From an uncultured delta proteobacterium (GTDB taxonomy: Bacteria; Myxococcota_A; Polyangia; Haliangiales; Haliangiaceae): DNA of 64,000 bases. The notes under the pieces were generated by a model that was given only the letters and a program-made list of their open reading frames with translations, was not told the origin of the DNA and did not search any database. Position numbers and translations under genes: made by a program. The stretch is taken from positions 160,001-224,000 of the forward strand of contig CAVUQH010000002.1 in the NCBI GenBank assembly GCA_963743525.1. The letters run 5' to 3'. This document shows positions 22,507-38,924 of the stretch, piece by piece. The stretch's first letter is position 1; each line of letters begins with the position of its first letter.

Positions 22507-24032
22507 TCAGTGTCGGCCGGCGCCAATGCTGACGAACCAGCGCAGGCCGTAGTCGCGTGTGGCGCCGCTAACGCGGCTGCCCGCGACTTCCATCGTCATA
22601 CCCACGTCGCCGGCGACCCCGCCGCAGATCCGCGGGACGAGCTCCGTCATCAACGAGAAGCAGCCGCCCGCGTAGGCGCCGATGCCGAATCCGCCAACGT
22701 TGTTCTTCGCCGGCGTCATCGGATTGTTGTCATCGTCCTGGCTCTCGGAGAGCAACGTGATCGGCACGGGCACCGGCCCCAAGGACACGCGCAGGGCATC
22801 TTGAGCACCAGCGCGCCGTAGATGAGCGGCACATGCGCGGAAACTCTGAGCGCGCTTCCGTGCAACTTGCCGACCCGGGTCTGCCAGGTGCCGAGGTCTA
22901 TGTGACTCAACGCGACCGCTCCCGCCCCGGCGGCACTGGCACGAGCACGGACGGAGGCTGCCGCAGGCGCGACTGCCGTCCGGGTCTCCGCAGCCGCGGG
23001 CATCGCCGTCGAGCGCGAAGCGAAGTGCCCGAGCTCGGCTAGCACGATGCACGAGCTCAGGGCGCGGAGGGCGAGCGTGAGGGCGAGCGTGAGGGCGAGC
23101 GCGAGGGCGAGTTTGCCTCCGACCAGGCTCAACGGATTGGGCGAGGTCGCTGCGTAGGTCTCGGGGCACCCGTCGTTCAGCTCGCCCCGCAAGCGCACTT
23201 TGTAGAAATGGGTATCGAGGACGACCGTGGCGACGCTCGGGCCGGAAAGCGAGAAGGGGTGCGTCGGTTCCTGGCCGCATGGCATCGAACGCAACTCCTC
23301 CCCTCCCTCGCGCTCCAGAAACGCACAACTCATCGGGGCGTCACTCGCGTCCAGGTTCTCGAATTTCGAGACGCTGATCGTCGCCTTGGTGACGGGGATG
23401 GACTGCTCGAATTTCCCGTATCGGACGACGAACGCTCGCTCGTCCACACCGAATCGCGCGATGCGCAGACATTTCTTGTCGCCCTTCAGCAATAGGGCGT
23501 CCCTTCCGCGTGACGTGTCCACCTTCAACGCGTCGGGGATGTGCATCACCTTTCCGCCGCGTTCCGGACAGGCCTGCAGAGTTCGCTGAGTCGAACTGGC
23601 GTAGAACGTCAGTTCGCCGGAAACAGCGTCCTTCTCCTTGAGCCCGAGAATCGTTCGGATCTGAGCCAGGTCGATTGCCCCGTCGCGCACGAAGGCAAAG
23701 GGAAGGCTCTGCCAGTCATCCTTCGCGCGGACCCACTCGTCGTCGAAGCTGATCGTGCAGGTCTGGCCACTCGCGTCCGTAACAGTCCAGGCGTACCCGT
23801 CCGACAGGCGCAGCGAGAAGGTGCCGTGCAGTTGCACCTTCGTCGGCGGCTGCAACGACTGATTGACGACCGTAACGGAGGCATCCGGTCGCACCGTTAC
23901 CTCTATGAGCGCCGGCCCTTTCAGGTTAACCTCCACGCCAGGTGGACAACCCCTGGGATCCGCTACTGCGGAGCCTGCCAGGAATACGAGCAACGCGCAG
24001 GACAGCACTGCGCATAGAGCAACTCTAAGCAT
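22507..24032 (-). pseudogene. Exported hypothetical protein with atypical composition, frameshifted at about 22795 (or assembly error)
   Basis: Signal peptide MLRVALCAVLSC...; adding one C to the CCC run (plus-strand ggg 22794-22796) joins the frames as ..KMPLRVSLGPVP..YGLRWFVSIGAGRH. Confidence 0.5.
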
Positions 24033-24317
24033 CCCCTCCCCTTTCATCGGCCCGCATGGGCCAAGTCGTTTCCAACTGCGCTTGGAGCCCCGAGTTGATC
24101 GTGGCCCGGGATCGAGCCGAGGCTCAACCCTGTGGGGAGGATTTTCCGGCGTCGGCGCGAAGCCAGCGATCTACCGACCCGCAGCTACGGGAGATGCCGG
24201 ACACGGCGTCCGGGAGAACACCTGGACTGTCGCGGGCGAGACCAGCCCGCGCCCACCGATTGTGGCGAGCACACCAGCCCGACCATCCTGGCCAAGCCGG
24301 TTACACGTGATCGTGTC

Positions 24318-25817
24318 CTACGGGTTGATCGGGATGTCGGTCGGGTCAACGAAGTCCTTCACCGGCGTCCCATCCGCCCGCTCGACCACCAGGCTCGAGC
24401 TCACGACGTTGGAGAACACCAGGTCGAATCGCGTCCCCGCGGGCAGCGTGCCGCCACCAGCCGGAGCCGGCGCGGTGAAGCGCCAGTACTTGGTGTAGCC
24501 GGACCGATGCGCCAGTCCGGGCGGCTCGGGCTCGTTGGAGTAGAAGACCACGTTGTAGCAGTCGGCGTTGCCGCGCTCGTTGGGCGCATCGCCGATGACG
24601 CCGGTAGTGGTGATGTCGGCGAGGTTGGCGTTGAAGAACAGCACGCAGTTGCCGCCCGACAGCGAGATCGCGTTGCCGCCGCCAATGCCGATCGGCTCGG
24701 AGAACTCGACGTCAACCGTCTGCGTGGCCGCGTCGCGGACGACATTCGACACCGTGACATCGCCGACGCCGGCGGTGAAGAACGCGCCGGAGAAGTCGCC
24801 CTCGACCAGGGTGTCCCCGACGTTGGCCACCGCGTGGATGACGATGTTGTACTCGTTGCCCGGCGACAGCGGATTCTGGCCGAAGCCGATCGACAGGTTG
24901 TCGTCGCTGGGCGTGACGGTGGGCTGATTGGACAGCGGAGTGCCGGCCTCGTCCATGACCGTGACGGTGGCATCCACCAGCGGAAGATTGAAGGCGACGT
25001 GGATGGTGTCGCTGATGCCGACCACGGTGCCGGTCGTGCTCGAGCCGGGCGGGTTGTACAGGTCGGCGACCGTGCTGGCGCGGATCGACAGCGACGCGGC
25101 CAGGTTGGGATCGAGGATGACGTCGGGCGATGGGTCGCCGTACGCGCGCAGGTTGACCGTCTGCGAGCCGCCCGGGTAGACGAACAGGCCGTTCTCCTCC
25201 ACCGGCGGCAGGAGCAGTACGCCGGTCGGGTTGATGTCCGGGCTCAGGGCGTTGAACGGCGGCATACCGGTGAAGGTCGCGCGTCCGTCGGTGCCGGTGG
25301 TCGCGGACATCACCACTTCGCCGCCGTTGTGCGACAGCCCGCTCGAGAAATCGATGTACTGGACGAAGTGGCGCAGCGTGATCGGATACATGCTGACCGG
25401 CCGACCCTCGGTGTCGAGCACGCGGATCGTGTAGTCGCTGCCGGCCGCGATCAGCCCGATGCCCAAGGTGATGGTGTTGTGCGCGGGGAAGTTGCCGGCG
25501 GTGTCGTCGAGAAACCCGTGGATGAACGCCTGCTGGTAGCCGGCATCGGTGGGGCCGTCGATCATGATCAGCACGTCACCGGCGCGGACATTGTTGATCG
25601 AGAAGTGGCCGTCGGCCTTGGTCGTCGTCGGCCCCTTGGACTCGCCGCCGGCGATGACCGAGACGGTCGCCCCTTCGAGCGGCATGCGCGTGACCGCGTC
25701 CACCACCAGGCCGCCGATCGACCCGCGCGGCACGGTGTTCTGGACGTCCAGAGAATCGCCGCAGGCGCCGGTCGAGATCAGTGCCAGGATGGCCAGGCTT
25801 CGCAGGGTCGTGGACAT
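24318..25817 (-). CDS. Lipoprotein with carboxypeptidase-regulatory-like and Ig-like (Big) domains
   Basis: GGAGA RBS; lipobox ISTGAC; GSIGGLVVDAVTRMPLEGATV; VAFNLPL and VEFSEPI Ig-like motifs. Confidence 0.75.
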   Translation of the reverse strand: MSTTLRSLAILALISTGACGDSLDVQNTVPRGSIGGLVVDAVTRMPLEGATVSVIAGGESKGPTTTKADGHFSINNVRAGDVLIMIDGPTDAGYQQAFIHGFLDDTAGNFPAHNTITLGIGLIAAGSDYTIRVLDTEGRPVSMYPITLRHFVQYIDFSSGLSHNGGEVVMSATTGTDGRATFTGMPPFNALSPDINPTGVLLLPPVEENGLFVYPGGSQTVNLRAYGDPSPDVILDPNLAASLSIRASTVADLYNPPGSSTTGTVVGISDTIHVAFNLPLVDATVTVMDEAGTPLSNQPTVTPSDDNLSIGFGQNPLSPGNEYNIVIHAVANVGDTLVEGDFSGAFFTAGVGDVTVSNVVRDAATQTVDVEFSEPIGIGGGNAISLSGGNCVLFFNANLADITTTGVIGDAPNERGNADCYNVVFYSNEPEPPGLAHRSGYTKYWRFTAPAPAGGGTLPAGTRFDLVFSNVVSSSLVVERADGTPVKDFVDPTDIPINP

Positions 25818-25837
25818 GGTCTCTCCTTGTAGTCGAA

Positions 25838-27121
25838 TCAGAACCGCAGCACCGGCAGGATGCTGACCTTCTCTCCGTTGCTCAGGCCGTGGGTGGCGAT
25901 ACCGACCACCACCGCGACCACTACTACCCCGGCGGCCGCGCCGACCGCCGGCCAGAAGTATTTGTGCTTCCAGATGGGCGGCTTCTTGGGACCCAGCGCG
26001 ATGCTCGGCTTCCACGTCACCGTCGCCATCAGCTGCCCGCCGAGCTCCTCGGCATCGGGGCCGGTGCGCGGCAGCGTATCCTCGCTGCGCCCGACCAGCG
26101 CGCCGCTGCGCAGGTCGTAGACGTAGGCGACGATCCCAATCTCGTCGCCGTGGGCGGTGGGCAGCGCCAGCACCAGCGCGTCGGCGCCCAGGTTCTTGGC
26201 CGCCCGCGCGATGGCCGGCGCGGCGTGAGGCCTGCCGACGTCGCCGCGGGTCTTGGCCAGTGGGCCGCGGTCGACGCTCTTGGGCGTCTTGACCGCGACC
26301 TTGACCGTGACCACGTCACCGCCGCCGGCGACCTGGCCGATCGCGATCACCGGCTCGGCACCGGGCGTCACCAGCGACACGACGTTCGGCCCGGCGGGCA
26401 GATCCTCGACCGTCACCGGTGCGGTGCCGCGGTCGACACCATTGATGTAGACCGTCGCCTTGCCGGCGCCGTCGGCCTCGACGTGAACCGTGCCGCGCCC
26501 CAGCTCGTCGTGGTAGAGGCGCTCGTTGACCACCAGTTTCTCGAGCTGCGGCGGAAAAATCGTGCGGTCGTAGTCGAGGTCCGGGTCGAGCACGAACGCC
26601 TTGCGCAGCGCCTCGGTCGCCGACTGCTCGTCGCCATTGAGATAGCTGGCGATGGCGGTCCGCTCGTAGACCTCGATCAGCTTGCCGGCGTTGCCGTCGC
26701 GCGCCATCAGCTGCGGCAGGTAGCGCTGATACTCGTCGGCCGCCCAGTCGAGGAGGTCGAGGGCGCCGTCCTCGAGATTGCGCATCCGCTTGATCGCCTC
26801 GGCCAGCCCTTTGTCGCTGCGCTCCAGCGCTTTCTCCGCGGCCTCGGAGATGGCCCCTTCCGGGGTGGCGGCGGCAACGTGGGCGCCGTGCATGGCTCTG
26901 CCGACGCCTCTGGTCAGGGAGCGCTCGATGGCCCGCCGCTCGGCTTCGCTCAGACCGTCGGCGGCATAGGCCTTGACCACCACGTGCCGCGGCGCGGACG
27001 GCGCTCCGGCGGCAGCCGACGCGGCGTTCCCGAGCAGCACCATCACGGCCAGCGCGGCGGCCGCTCCCCCTCGAACCAGCACCGCGGGCGATGGTACGCA
27101 CCCGTTGAACGGGCGCGTCAA
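25838..27121 (-). CDS. PEGA-domain exported protein with C-terminal membrane anchor
   Basis: ATVYINGVDRGTAPVTVEDLPAGPNVV PEGA motif; PIWKHKYFWPAVGAAAGVVVVAVV tail. Confidence 0.8.
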   Translation of the reverse strand: MTRPFNGCVPSPAVLVRGGAAAALAVMVLLGNAASAAAGAPSAPRHVVVKAYAADGLSEAERRAIERSLTRGVGRAMHGAHVAAATPEGAISEAAEKALERSDKGLAEAIKRMRNLEDGALDLLDWAADEYQRYLPQLMARDGNAGKLIEVYERTAIASYLNGDEQSATEALRKAFVLDPDLDYDRTIFPPQLEKLVVNERLYHDELGRGTVHVEADGAGKATVYINGVDRGTAPVTVEDLPAGPNVVSLVTPGAEPVIAIGQVAGGGDVVTVKVAVKTPKSVDRGPLAKTRGDVGRPHAAPAIARAAKNLGADALVLALPTAHGDEIGIVAYVYDLRSGALVGRSEDTLPRTGPDAEELGGQLMATVTWKPSIALGPKKPPIWKHKYFWPAVGAAAGVVVVAVVVGIATHGLSNGEKVSILPVLRF

Positions 27122-27182
27122 GCGGTCGTCATCACAGGGGATCTCGCCCGACAGCCGCAGCGGGTCGAGCGACGCCGCGCGA

Positions 27183-28055
27183 CTACTTGCCCTTGGTCAG
27201 GGAGTCGATGGTGTTGGCGTTGGCCTTGAGGTCCGGCTCTTTGCCGTCGTCCTTGATCGCCTCGATGATGTTGTCCTTCTTGGGACCATCGGGGGCGTTG
27301 GCCTGACGCACGGAAGCCAGATCGGCCTCGGAATCGAGGTCGGAGATCGCCAGACAGAAGGCGCCGTACAGGCCCATCTTGTTGATCGCCTGGGCGTGCA
27401 GCTTCTTCGACCGCCACTCGACGCGGCCGTTGATGTCCGCGCCGGGACCGAAGCGGCTCTCCATCAGCTGGCGGAAGTAGTCGAAGCCCTTGTCCTCGGC
27501 GCCCGCGATCGCCGACGTGTTGAGGGCGAGGAACATCTTGTACAGACGGCCGCGGAAGAAGAAGAAGAAGCGGCGCTGGTCGCGGCCCTCACTGGTCTCC
27601 CAGTGGACCATCATCGCCTCGCCGGTCTTCTGCTTGAACTGGTCGTCGATGATCGACACGTCCCAGCCGGTCTTGTGGCCTTCGAACTCGATCCACGACT
27701 TGCGGAAGCGCTTGATCTCCTTGTCGCGCTTGCGCCGCAGCTTGTCCTGCGCGTAGACGTCGTCGGTGTTGGCGATGGTCTCGGCGTAGCGTTCCTTGAT
27801 CTGCTTGCCGACGACCTTGACGACGTCGTCCTTGCTCATGCCGAACTTGAACGCGCCCATGAACGCGTGGACCGCTTTGGCCTGCTCGGCGTTCATCATC
27901 GCCGGCACCGGCTTGGCCGGCGCCTTGGCCTTCTTCTTCTTCTTGTGGTGCCGACCGGCGTCCGCCGTTCCAGCCGAGATCACCAGGATCGCCGCCAGGG
28001 CAGTGGCCATGAGGCCCCAAGTCCGCGCACCACGCATCGCTTCAACCCTCCGCAT
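27183..28055 (-). CDS. Exported hypothetical protein (Lys-rich N-terminus)
   Basis: Signal peptide ..ISAGTADA, FKFGMSKDDV, RRFFFFFRGRLYKM; strong GC3 bias. Confidence 0.75.
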   Translation of the reverse strand: MRRVEAMRGARTWGLMATALAAILVISAGTADAGRHHKKKKKAKAPAKPVPAMMNAEQAKAVHAFMGAFKFGMSKDDVVKVVGKQIKERYAETIANTDDVYAQDKLRRKRDKEIKRFRKSWIEFEGHKTGWDVSIIDDQFKQKTGEAMMVHWETSEGRDQRRFFFFFRGRLYKMFLALNTSAIAGAEDKGFDYFRQLMESRFGPGADINGRVEWRSKKLHAQAINKMGLYGAFCLAISDLDSEADLASVRQANAPDGPKKDNIIEAIKDDGKEPDLKANANTIDSLTKGK

Positions 28056-28150
28056 ACTGAGCTCCCGGGAGCATAGCCCCCAAAATCCGGACCTACAAGG
28101 CGCTGACGTGCGGTGGGGCGGGGAAATTCAATAAAAATCCCGCGGCGTTT

Positions 28151-31139
<2,989 letters not shown>

Positions 31140-31251
31140 CGATTGTACCCCGGGGGTGGGCGATGAAAAACGGGCGGGCGAAACGGCAGCGGCGCGCGAT
31201 CCGGTTTGTGCCCCGGATCGCGCGCCGATTCACGAACGCTTTGACAATGCG

Positions 31252-32097
31252 TCAGCGGAGGGCGCGCTTGGCGACCTTGGCGGTGGCCCTGACCAGCGAC
31301 GACTCATCCTCTGTCGCCTTTTGGAGTACATCCGCCGACGCCAGATCACCGATCTGGCCCAGCGCCCACGCCGCGTTGCGGCGCACGACCGGGTCGGGAT
31401 CGTTGAGCACCTGCGCCTCGAGCGCGGCGCGGCCGGCCGGGTCGCGGAACTGGCCGATGCACGCGGCGGCCTTGCGGCGCACCTGGGTGTTGGCATCGTT
31501 GACCAGCGCCACTGCCGGGGCGGCGTTCTTCTGCCCGCGGATCTCGACCCACGCCGTGACCGCCTGCAGGCGGACGTCGGCGCTGGAGTCGGACATGCCC
31601 GCGGCCAGGGTGTCGTCGGCAGTGATGTAGCCGATGGTTCCCAGCGCGAACATGATGTGCGAGCGGGCCTCGTCCGACAGGCCGCTGCGCTGATACGCGG
31701 TGGCCAGCGGAGCGATCGCCTGCGGGTGGCGGAAGGTGCCGAGGGCGTCGGCGGCATTGCGCACCTCCACCGAGTTACCGGTGGCCAGGCGCTGCAGCGA
31801 CATCTCGGTGACCTGCTTCTTCTGCGCCGGACGGCGAGCCAGCCACCAGGCCGCGACTTCGCGGACGGCGTAGCGGTCGTCGTCGAGCAGCTTCATGACC
31901 GGCGCGACGCAGGCCGGGCAGATCAGGCGCTCGGCCTGCTCCAGCTCGCCGATGATCGACTCGACGCCGCCGGTGTTGATGGCCGTCATCACCCGGCTGT
32001 AGCTGCTGCCACGTCCGGCCTGGGCCGCCGGTGCCAGCGCAGCCAGCACCATCGAGCAAGTAAGGGTCGTGAGGACCTTTGCACTGTTGCGTTTCAT
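31252..32097 (-). CDS. Exported HEAT-repeat protein with CPAC motif
   Basis: Signal peptide ..APAAQA; VRNAADALG, VRRKAAACIG, VRRNAAWALG repeats. Confidence 0.85.
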   Translation of the reverse strand: MKRNSAKVLTTLTCSMVLAALAPAAQAGRGSSYSRVMTAINTGGVESIIGELEQAERLICPACVAPVMKLLDDDRYAVREVAAWWLARRPAQKKQVTEMSLQRLATGNSVEVRNAADALGTFRHPQAIAPLATAYQRSGLSDEARSHIMFALGTIGYITADDTLAAGMSDSSADVRLQAVTAWVEIRGQKNAAPAVALVNDANTQVRRKAAACIGQFRDPAGRAALEAQVLNDPDPVVRRNAAWALGQIGDLASADVLQKATEDESSLVRATAKVAKRALR

Positions 32098-32130
32098 GAT
32101 TCGTCTCCCTCTGATAGCGGTAGCCCGGGA

Positions 32131-34314
32131 CTACATTCCGTACGCGCCGCCGGGGGCGTTCTCACGCGAGTAGAACTGACCACCGAAGTCGCACATGCGC
32201 ACGAGCAGCGAGAACTCGTCCGGGGTCAGAGTGAAGCCCTGCTCCTGCCCGTGCGGCGTGGTCGTGAAGGCACGGACGCCGGTGTTCGGGGCCGGGAAGA
32301 GCTGGACGGGGTTGAGCTTCTGGATGAGCATCGAGTCGCGGGCGCTGCCCGGCTCGACGTAGGTCGGCGGGTTGCCGACGATGACCAGGTTGGTCTTCTC
32401 GAGCTTGGTCATCGACGGGCCCAGCAGCGACAGGTGCGAGGCGCTGTAGCCGGTCAGGATGTCGGCGCCGACGCCGTAGGTGACCGCCTGGCCGCGCAGG
32501 TCGAAGGTGATGGTCTGCGACTCACCGGTGACCGAGTCCATGATGGTGTAGGACGGGTTGGCCGGACCGGGGGTGCCGTCGTGGCAGCTGATGCACTTGG
32601 CGTCGAAGATCGGCTGCAGCGCCTCGTCCCACGGGATGCCGACGGTGCCGTTCAGGGTGAAGTCGAACGACGCGCGGTCGGTGCGGGCAACGGAGCTCTT
32701 CAGGTCGACCGGACCGACGGCGACCGCCTCGGTGATGCCGGGCTGGATGACGGTGGTCGCGGCGCGATCCTCGTGGCAGCCGCCGCAGAAGCGCGACTCG
32801 CCCGGGTTACCCGAGATCCACACCGGCTCGCTCTTGAGCGACATGCCGAACTTGTCGATGGCCTGGATGTGCATCGGGATGCCGGCCGGAGTGAGCGCCG
32901 CCCACGAGCCGTCTTCCTGGACCGGAACCGTGCCCAGCAGCGCGGCGCCTTCGAACTCGGACAGACCGAAGTCCTCGGGCACGCCCTCTTCCACCGAGAA
33001 GCCCTCGATGAGGCGGACGCCGTAGACCGAGCCCGGGTCGAAGTTGGCCAGGGTCGAGTCGTAGACGTTCATGGAACCGACGAGAACCTTGTCGGCGCCG
33101 TACTGGTGCTTGCCGGCCGACTCGATCTTGGGCGGCGCGGTGCGCGGAGCCAGAGGCCGCGGCTCGACGTCCCAGTAGTTCTCGTCGTTCCAGATCGGCT
33201 TGCGCGCGCCCTTCTTCGAGTCGTAGAGGTAGACGCCGAAGTCGGCGGTCACGCCGGCGGCCTCGAGGACCTCGGTGTTGACCGGGCCGTCCGCCCAGGA
33301 AACCAGCAGGTCCGGCTTCTCCTTGGCGTTCAGCGGATAGGCGTCGTAGTAGCGGCCGATGGTCGGCGCCGACGGCTCGCGGCCGAGCGGCACCTGCGGG
33401 GTCAGGATCTCGTAGGAGGCGTTGCGCTCGGCCATCTTGGTGTCGGCGGTGACGATGCCGTCCTGCTGGCTGACCTCACCCAGGCGGATGTCGAGGATGG
33501 TGCCCGACTGCAGGGTGCGGTCGCGCGCCGAGCCGATGGCGACCACGCGCCCCGGAGCGATCTCCTGGGCCTTGAAGTAGGAGTTGGTGACCCCGGTGCC
33601 CTCTTTGCCGAAGCCCTCGCGAGCGGTCGACAGGTCGGGGTTGAGGATCATCAGGCGGCCGGCGTTGTCCATGCCCAGGTGATCCCACTGGGTGATCATG
33701 ACGCGGCCGTCGGACAGCATGGTCGGGTAGACGCGGTGCGACAGGTTGCGCGCGCCGAGGGTCTCACCCGAGCCGTCCCGGTTGATGTAGCCGAGCTGCA
33801 CCGTGGTGCCGCGCTCGTACTCGTCGCGGAACTGCGGCGAGCCGTCTTCGGCCGACCGGTTGGTGACGAAGATGATCTTGTCGCCCGGGGCGAAGATCGG
33901 ATAGACGTAGTCGCGATTCGGATCCGTCGGCAGCTGCTCGATGGTGTTGTTGTCGAGCGACAGCACGAACAGGCCGTACCGCTGGTCCGACGACAGCCGC
34001 GCCGACATCACGATCTCGCGAGCGTCGAACGACAGGTCGTAGGCGCCGATGTCGATGTCGGCGTACTCGGGCCCGAACTTGCTGCAGCACAGCTCGGTGA
34101 GCGTGCCGTCGGCAGTCGGCGGGCTGAGCGACACCAGTCGTGCCGTCGGCATGTACGACGTGTATTGGAAGATGTCGCCGCCGACCATGCGGCGAGGCCG
34201 CTGGATGAAGACGATCGAATCGACGCCGTCGAGCGGGCCCTGGCTGTCCGAGCCGCAGGCGACTGAGCCGATGATGGCGGCAGAAAGGGCGATTCCTAGT
34301 GGTATCCGTTTCAC
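32131..34314 (-). CDS. HzsA-like diheme lipoprotein (beta-propeller, HZS-alpha middle domain, two CxxCH)
   Basis: AGGAGG RBS and GTG start; lipobox SVAC; LLGTVPVQEDGSWAALTPAGIPMHIQAID...GESRFCGGCHE; LQPIFDAKCISCH. Confidence 0.82.
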   Translation of the reverse strand: MKRIPLGIALSAAIIGSVACGSDSQGPLDGVDSIVFIQRPRRMVGGDIFQYTSYMPTARLVSLSPPTADGTLTELCCSKFGPEYADIDIGAYDLSFDAREIVMSARLSSDQRYGLFVLSLDNNTIEQLPTDPNRDYVYPIFAPGDKIIFVTNRSAEDGSPQFRDEYERGTTVQLGYINRDGSGETLGARNLSHRVYPTMLSDGRVMITQWDHLGMDNAGRLMILNPDLSTAREGFGKEGTGVTNSYFKAQEIAPGRVVAIGSARDRTLQSGTILDIRLGEVSQQDGIVTADTKMAERNASYEILTPQVPLGREPSAPTIGRYYDAYPLNAKEKPDLLVSWADGPVNTEVLEAAGVTADFGVYLYDSKKGARKPIWNDENYWDVEPRPLAPRTAPPKIESAGKHQYGADKVLVGSMNVYDSTLANFDPGSVYGVRLIEGFSVEEGVPEDFGLSEFEGAALLGTVPVQEDGSWAALTPAGIPMHIQAIDKFGMSLKSEPVWISGNPGESRFCGGCHEDRAATTVIQPGITEAVAVGPVDLKSSVARTDRASFDFTLNGTVGIPWDEALQPIFDAKCISCHDGTPGPANPSYTIMDSVTGESQTITFDLRGQAVTYGVGADILTGYSASHLSLLGPSMTKLEKTNLVIVGNPPTYVEPGSARDSMLIQKLNPVQLFPAPNTGVRAFTTTPHGQEQGFTLTPDEFSLLVRMCDFGGQFYSRENAPGGAYGM

Positions 34315-34345
34315 AACTGGCCTCCTGGTTCCCGGTCCCCTATAG

Positions 34346-34362
34346 AGCACGCTCTATGCCAG
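34346..34362 (-). promoter_or_regulatory. Sigma54 -24/-12 promoter overlapped by a perfect inverted repeat
   Basis: Minus strand CTGGCATAGAGCGTGCT (GG-N10-GC); ATAGAGC-AC-GCTCTAT at 34342-34357. Confidence 0.65.
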
Positions 34363-34499
34363 GAAATTCGCCAATGATTTCGTGACGAAGGTACCGGCCC
34401 GGGGGGCGCCCGCCCGCGGCCAGGCGAGTCCCGAGGGGGCGGTGGCCCCCTGGATTCGAGCGGTCAGCGGTCCGCCGGCAGCTGGTCAGCTGACGGTCG

Positions 34500-37145
<2,646 letters not shown>

Positions 37146-37228
37146 CGACCGGGGATACCGCGCCGGTCTGACACCCGCGGCGACCAGCCCGGAACCCCCG
37201 GGAAGGCCACCCTGGGGGCAGATCGCCG

Positions 37229-38359
37229 TCAACCGGGCACCTGCAGGTCCGAACCGCGCCAGACCGCACTGCGATAGCGCGAACCCTCGGCGCGGCGAAA
37301 CACCAGCCGGCCACCCACCCGCTCGACCCCCAGCCTGCCCTCGTGAATCAGGCGGTGATGCGTCGAGCAGAGCAGCAGCAGATTGCCCGGCACGTGCCCG
37401 CCGCCGCGAGCGCGCGGCCAGATGTGGTGCACATCCAGCCACGTCGCATTGCCGCAGCCCGGCACCGCACAGCGGTGGTGAAACGCCGCGACCACAGCCC
37501 GCCGAACCGCCGGCGGAATCGTCTGGCTGGCGCGGCCCTCGAGGGACGCCGGAACGCGAGTGTGGTCACAGTCGATCGCCGCGACCATCGCCGGATCGAG
37601 CTGCACACTGGCGCCATCGGCCTCGGCAAACACGCGCCCGCAGTCATCGCACCGACTGACCGCCACCTGATAACCCGGTCGGCCGGCATCACCGCCACCA
37701 CCGCCCGCGAGAAACCCACGCGCGATCATCGCCAGCGCCGCATCGTCATCGACCAGCCCATCGCCCGAGCCATGTCCCGAACCATCGCCCGACTGCCGCG
37801 CGACCCGGATCGCCTCCCGCACCATCGCATACGTCTCCGGCGAAACCTCGAACACCAGCGTCCGCGGCACCCGGCTGCGATCCGCGATCGCCCCCGGCCG
37901 CTCCCCGCGCGAAAGCCCCGCGACCCTCTCGGCCACCTCCCGCGCACGCTGCCCCTTCACGGCCGCCAGCCACGCCTCCTCCGTGTCGCCCGTGGCCACC
38001 CGCGACAGCTCCCGCACATGCGTCCAGGCGACCTGCCCCTCGGCCAGCGCTGCTTCGATCCCCGGCAACTCCGCCAGCACCAGCGCCGTGCGGATCCGCT
38101 CCCGCGCCGTCTTCCGCCCATACCCCAGCACCTCTTCGAGATACGCGGCATAGCTCGCGTGCCCATACGCCTCCCAGATCCGCACCGCATGCCCGGCACG
38201 AATCCAATGCGCCTCCACCGCATCGAGCTCCGCGCGATCGCGACCAATGGCGCGAAGCCGACCGTGAATCGCACCGACCTCGACCGCGACTTCCACCTCG
38301 ACACCAACGCCGGCACGAACCCCGACCCCGACAGCAGCGTCTGACGACAGCATCATCAT
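37229..38359 (-). CDS. HNH endonuclease (long DUF222-like type), probably mobile
   Basis: [51 protein letters not shown]-rich codon usage unlike neighbours. Confidence 0.88.
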   Translation of the reverse strand: MMMLSSDAAVGVGVRAGVGVEVEVAVEVGAIHGRLRAIGRDRAELDAVEAHWIRAGHAVRIWEAYGHASYAAYLEEVLGYGRKTARERIRTALVLAELPGIEAALAEGQVAWTHVRELSRVATGDTEEAWLAAVKGQRAREVAERVAGLSRGERPGAIADRSRVPRTLVFEVSPETYAMVREAIRVARQSGDGSGHGSGDGLVDDDAALAMIARGFLAGGGGGDAGRPGYQVAVSRCDDCGRVFAEADGASVQLDPAMVAAIDCDHTRVPASLEGRASQTIPPAVRRAVVAAFHHRCAVPGCGNATWLDVHHIWPRARGGGHVPGNLLLLCSTHHRLIHEGRLGVERVGGRLVFRRAEGSRYRSAVWRGSDLQVPG

Positions 38360-38678
38360 GCAGCCTCCCGGCGCGGCAACAACCCATCGCCTGCGCGCAC
38401 CACTGTCATAGCACGCGTTTTTCGCCCGCTCGGATCACCCGCTCAGCACCACGCAGCGCCGACAAACCAACCGCGGGAGACAAAAACCGCATCGCCCCAC
38501 GCACACGCCGCACCCGCGCCAACACCGCGCCGCTGGCGATCGATCACCCGCGCGTTGGCGACGTGCGCCGAAATGGCGTCAAGCCGCGCGCGAAAAGAAA
38601 CGAAAAAAAGACCGCGCCCGGTCCGCCCGTCGCCCGCGTTCGACGACGAATCGGACCGCGCACCTGGTGCCCGCGGTT

Positions 38679-38706
38679 CGCCCTTCGACAAGCTCAGTGC
38701 GAACGG
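38679..38706. repeat. REP-like half element CGCCCTTCGACAAGCTCAGTGCGAACGG
   Basis: Resembles the widespread CCCTTCGACAAGCTCAGGG intergenic palindrome family; only one arm is visible here. Confidence 0.55.
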
Positions 38707-38775
38707 CATGGGGATTCGCGGCCGTCTCCGACCGCGGCAGGCACGGCGCCACTGGTCAGCCACGAGCACCGCAAG

Positions 38776-38924
38776 CCCCCCGCCGACCACGCGCCCCCGC
38801 CGACCACGCGCCCCCGCCGACCACGCGCCCCCCGCCGACCACGCGCCCCCCGCCGACCACGCGCCCCCCGCCGACCACGCGCCCCCCCGCCGACCACGCG
38901 CCCCCCCGCCGACCACGCGCCCCC
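38776..38924. repeat. Tandem array: 8 x GCCGACCACGCG separated by C5-7 runs
   Basis: Counted directly; no unique spacers. Confidence 0.95.

Noticed and set aside
38776..38924. CRISPR array
   Set aside because: The repeats are 12 bp and separated only by C runs; there are no unique spacers and no cas genes
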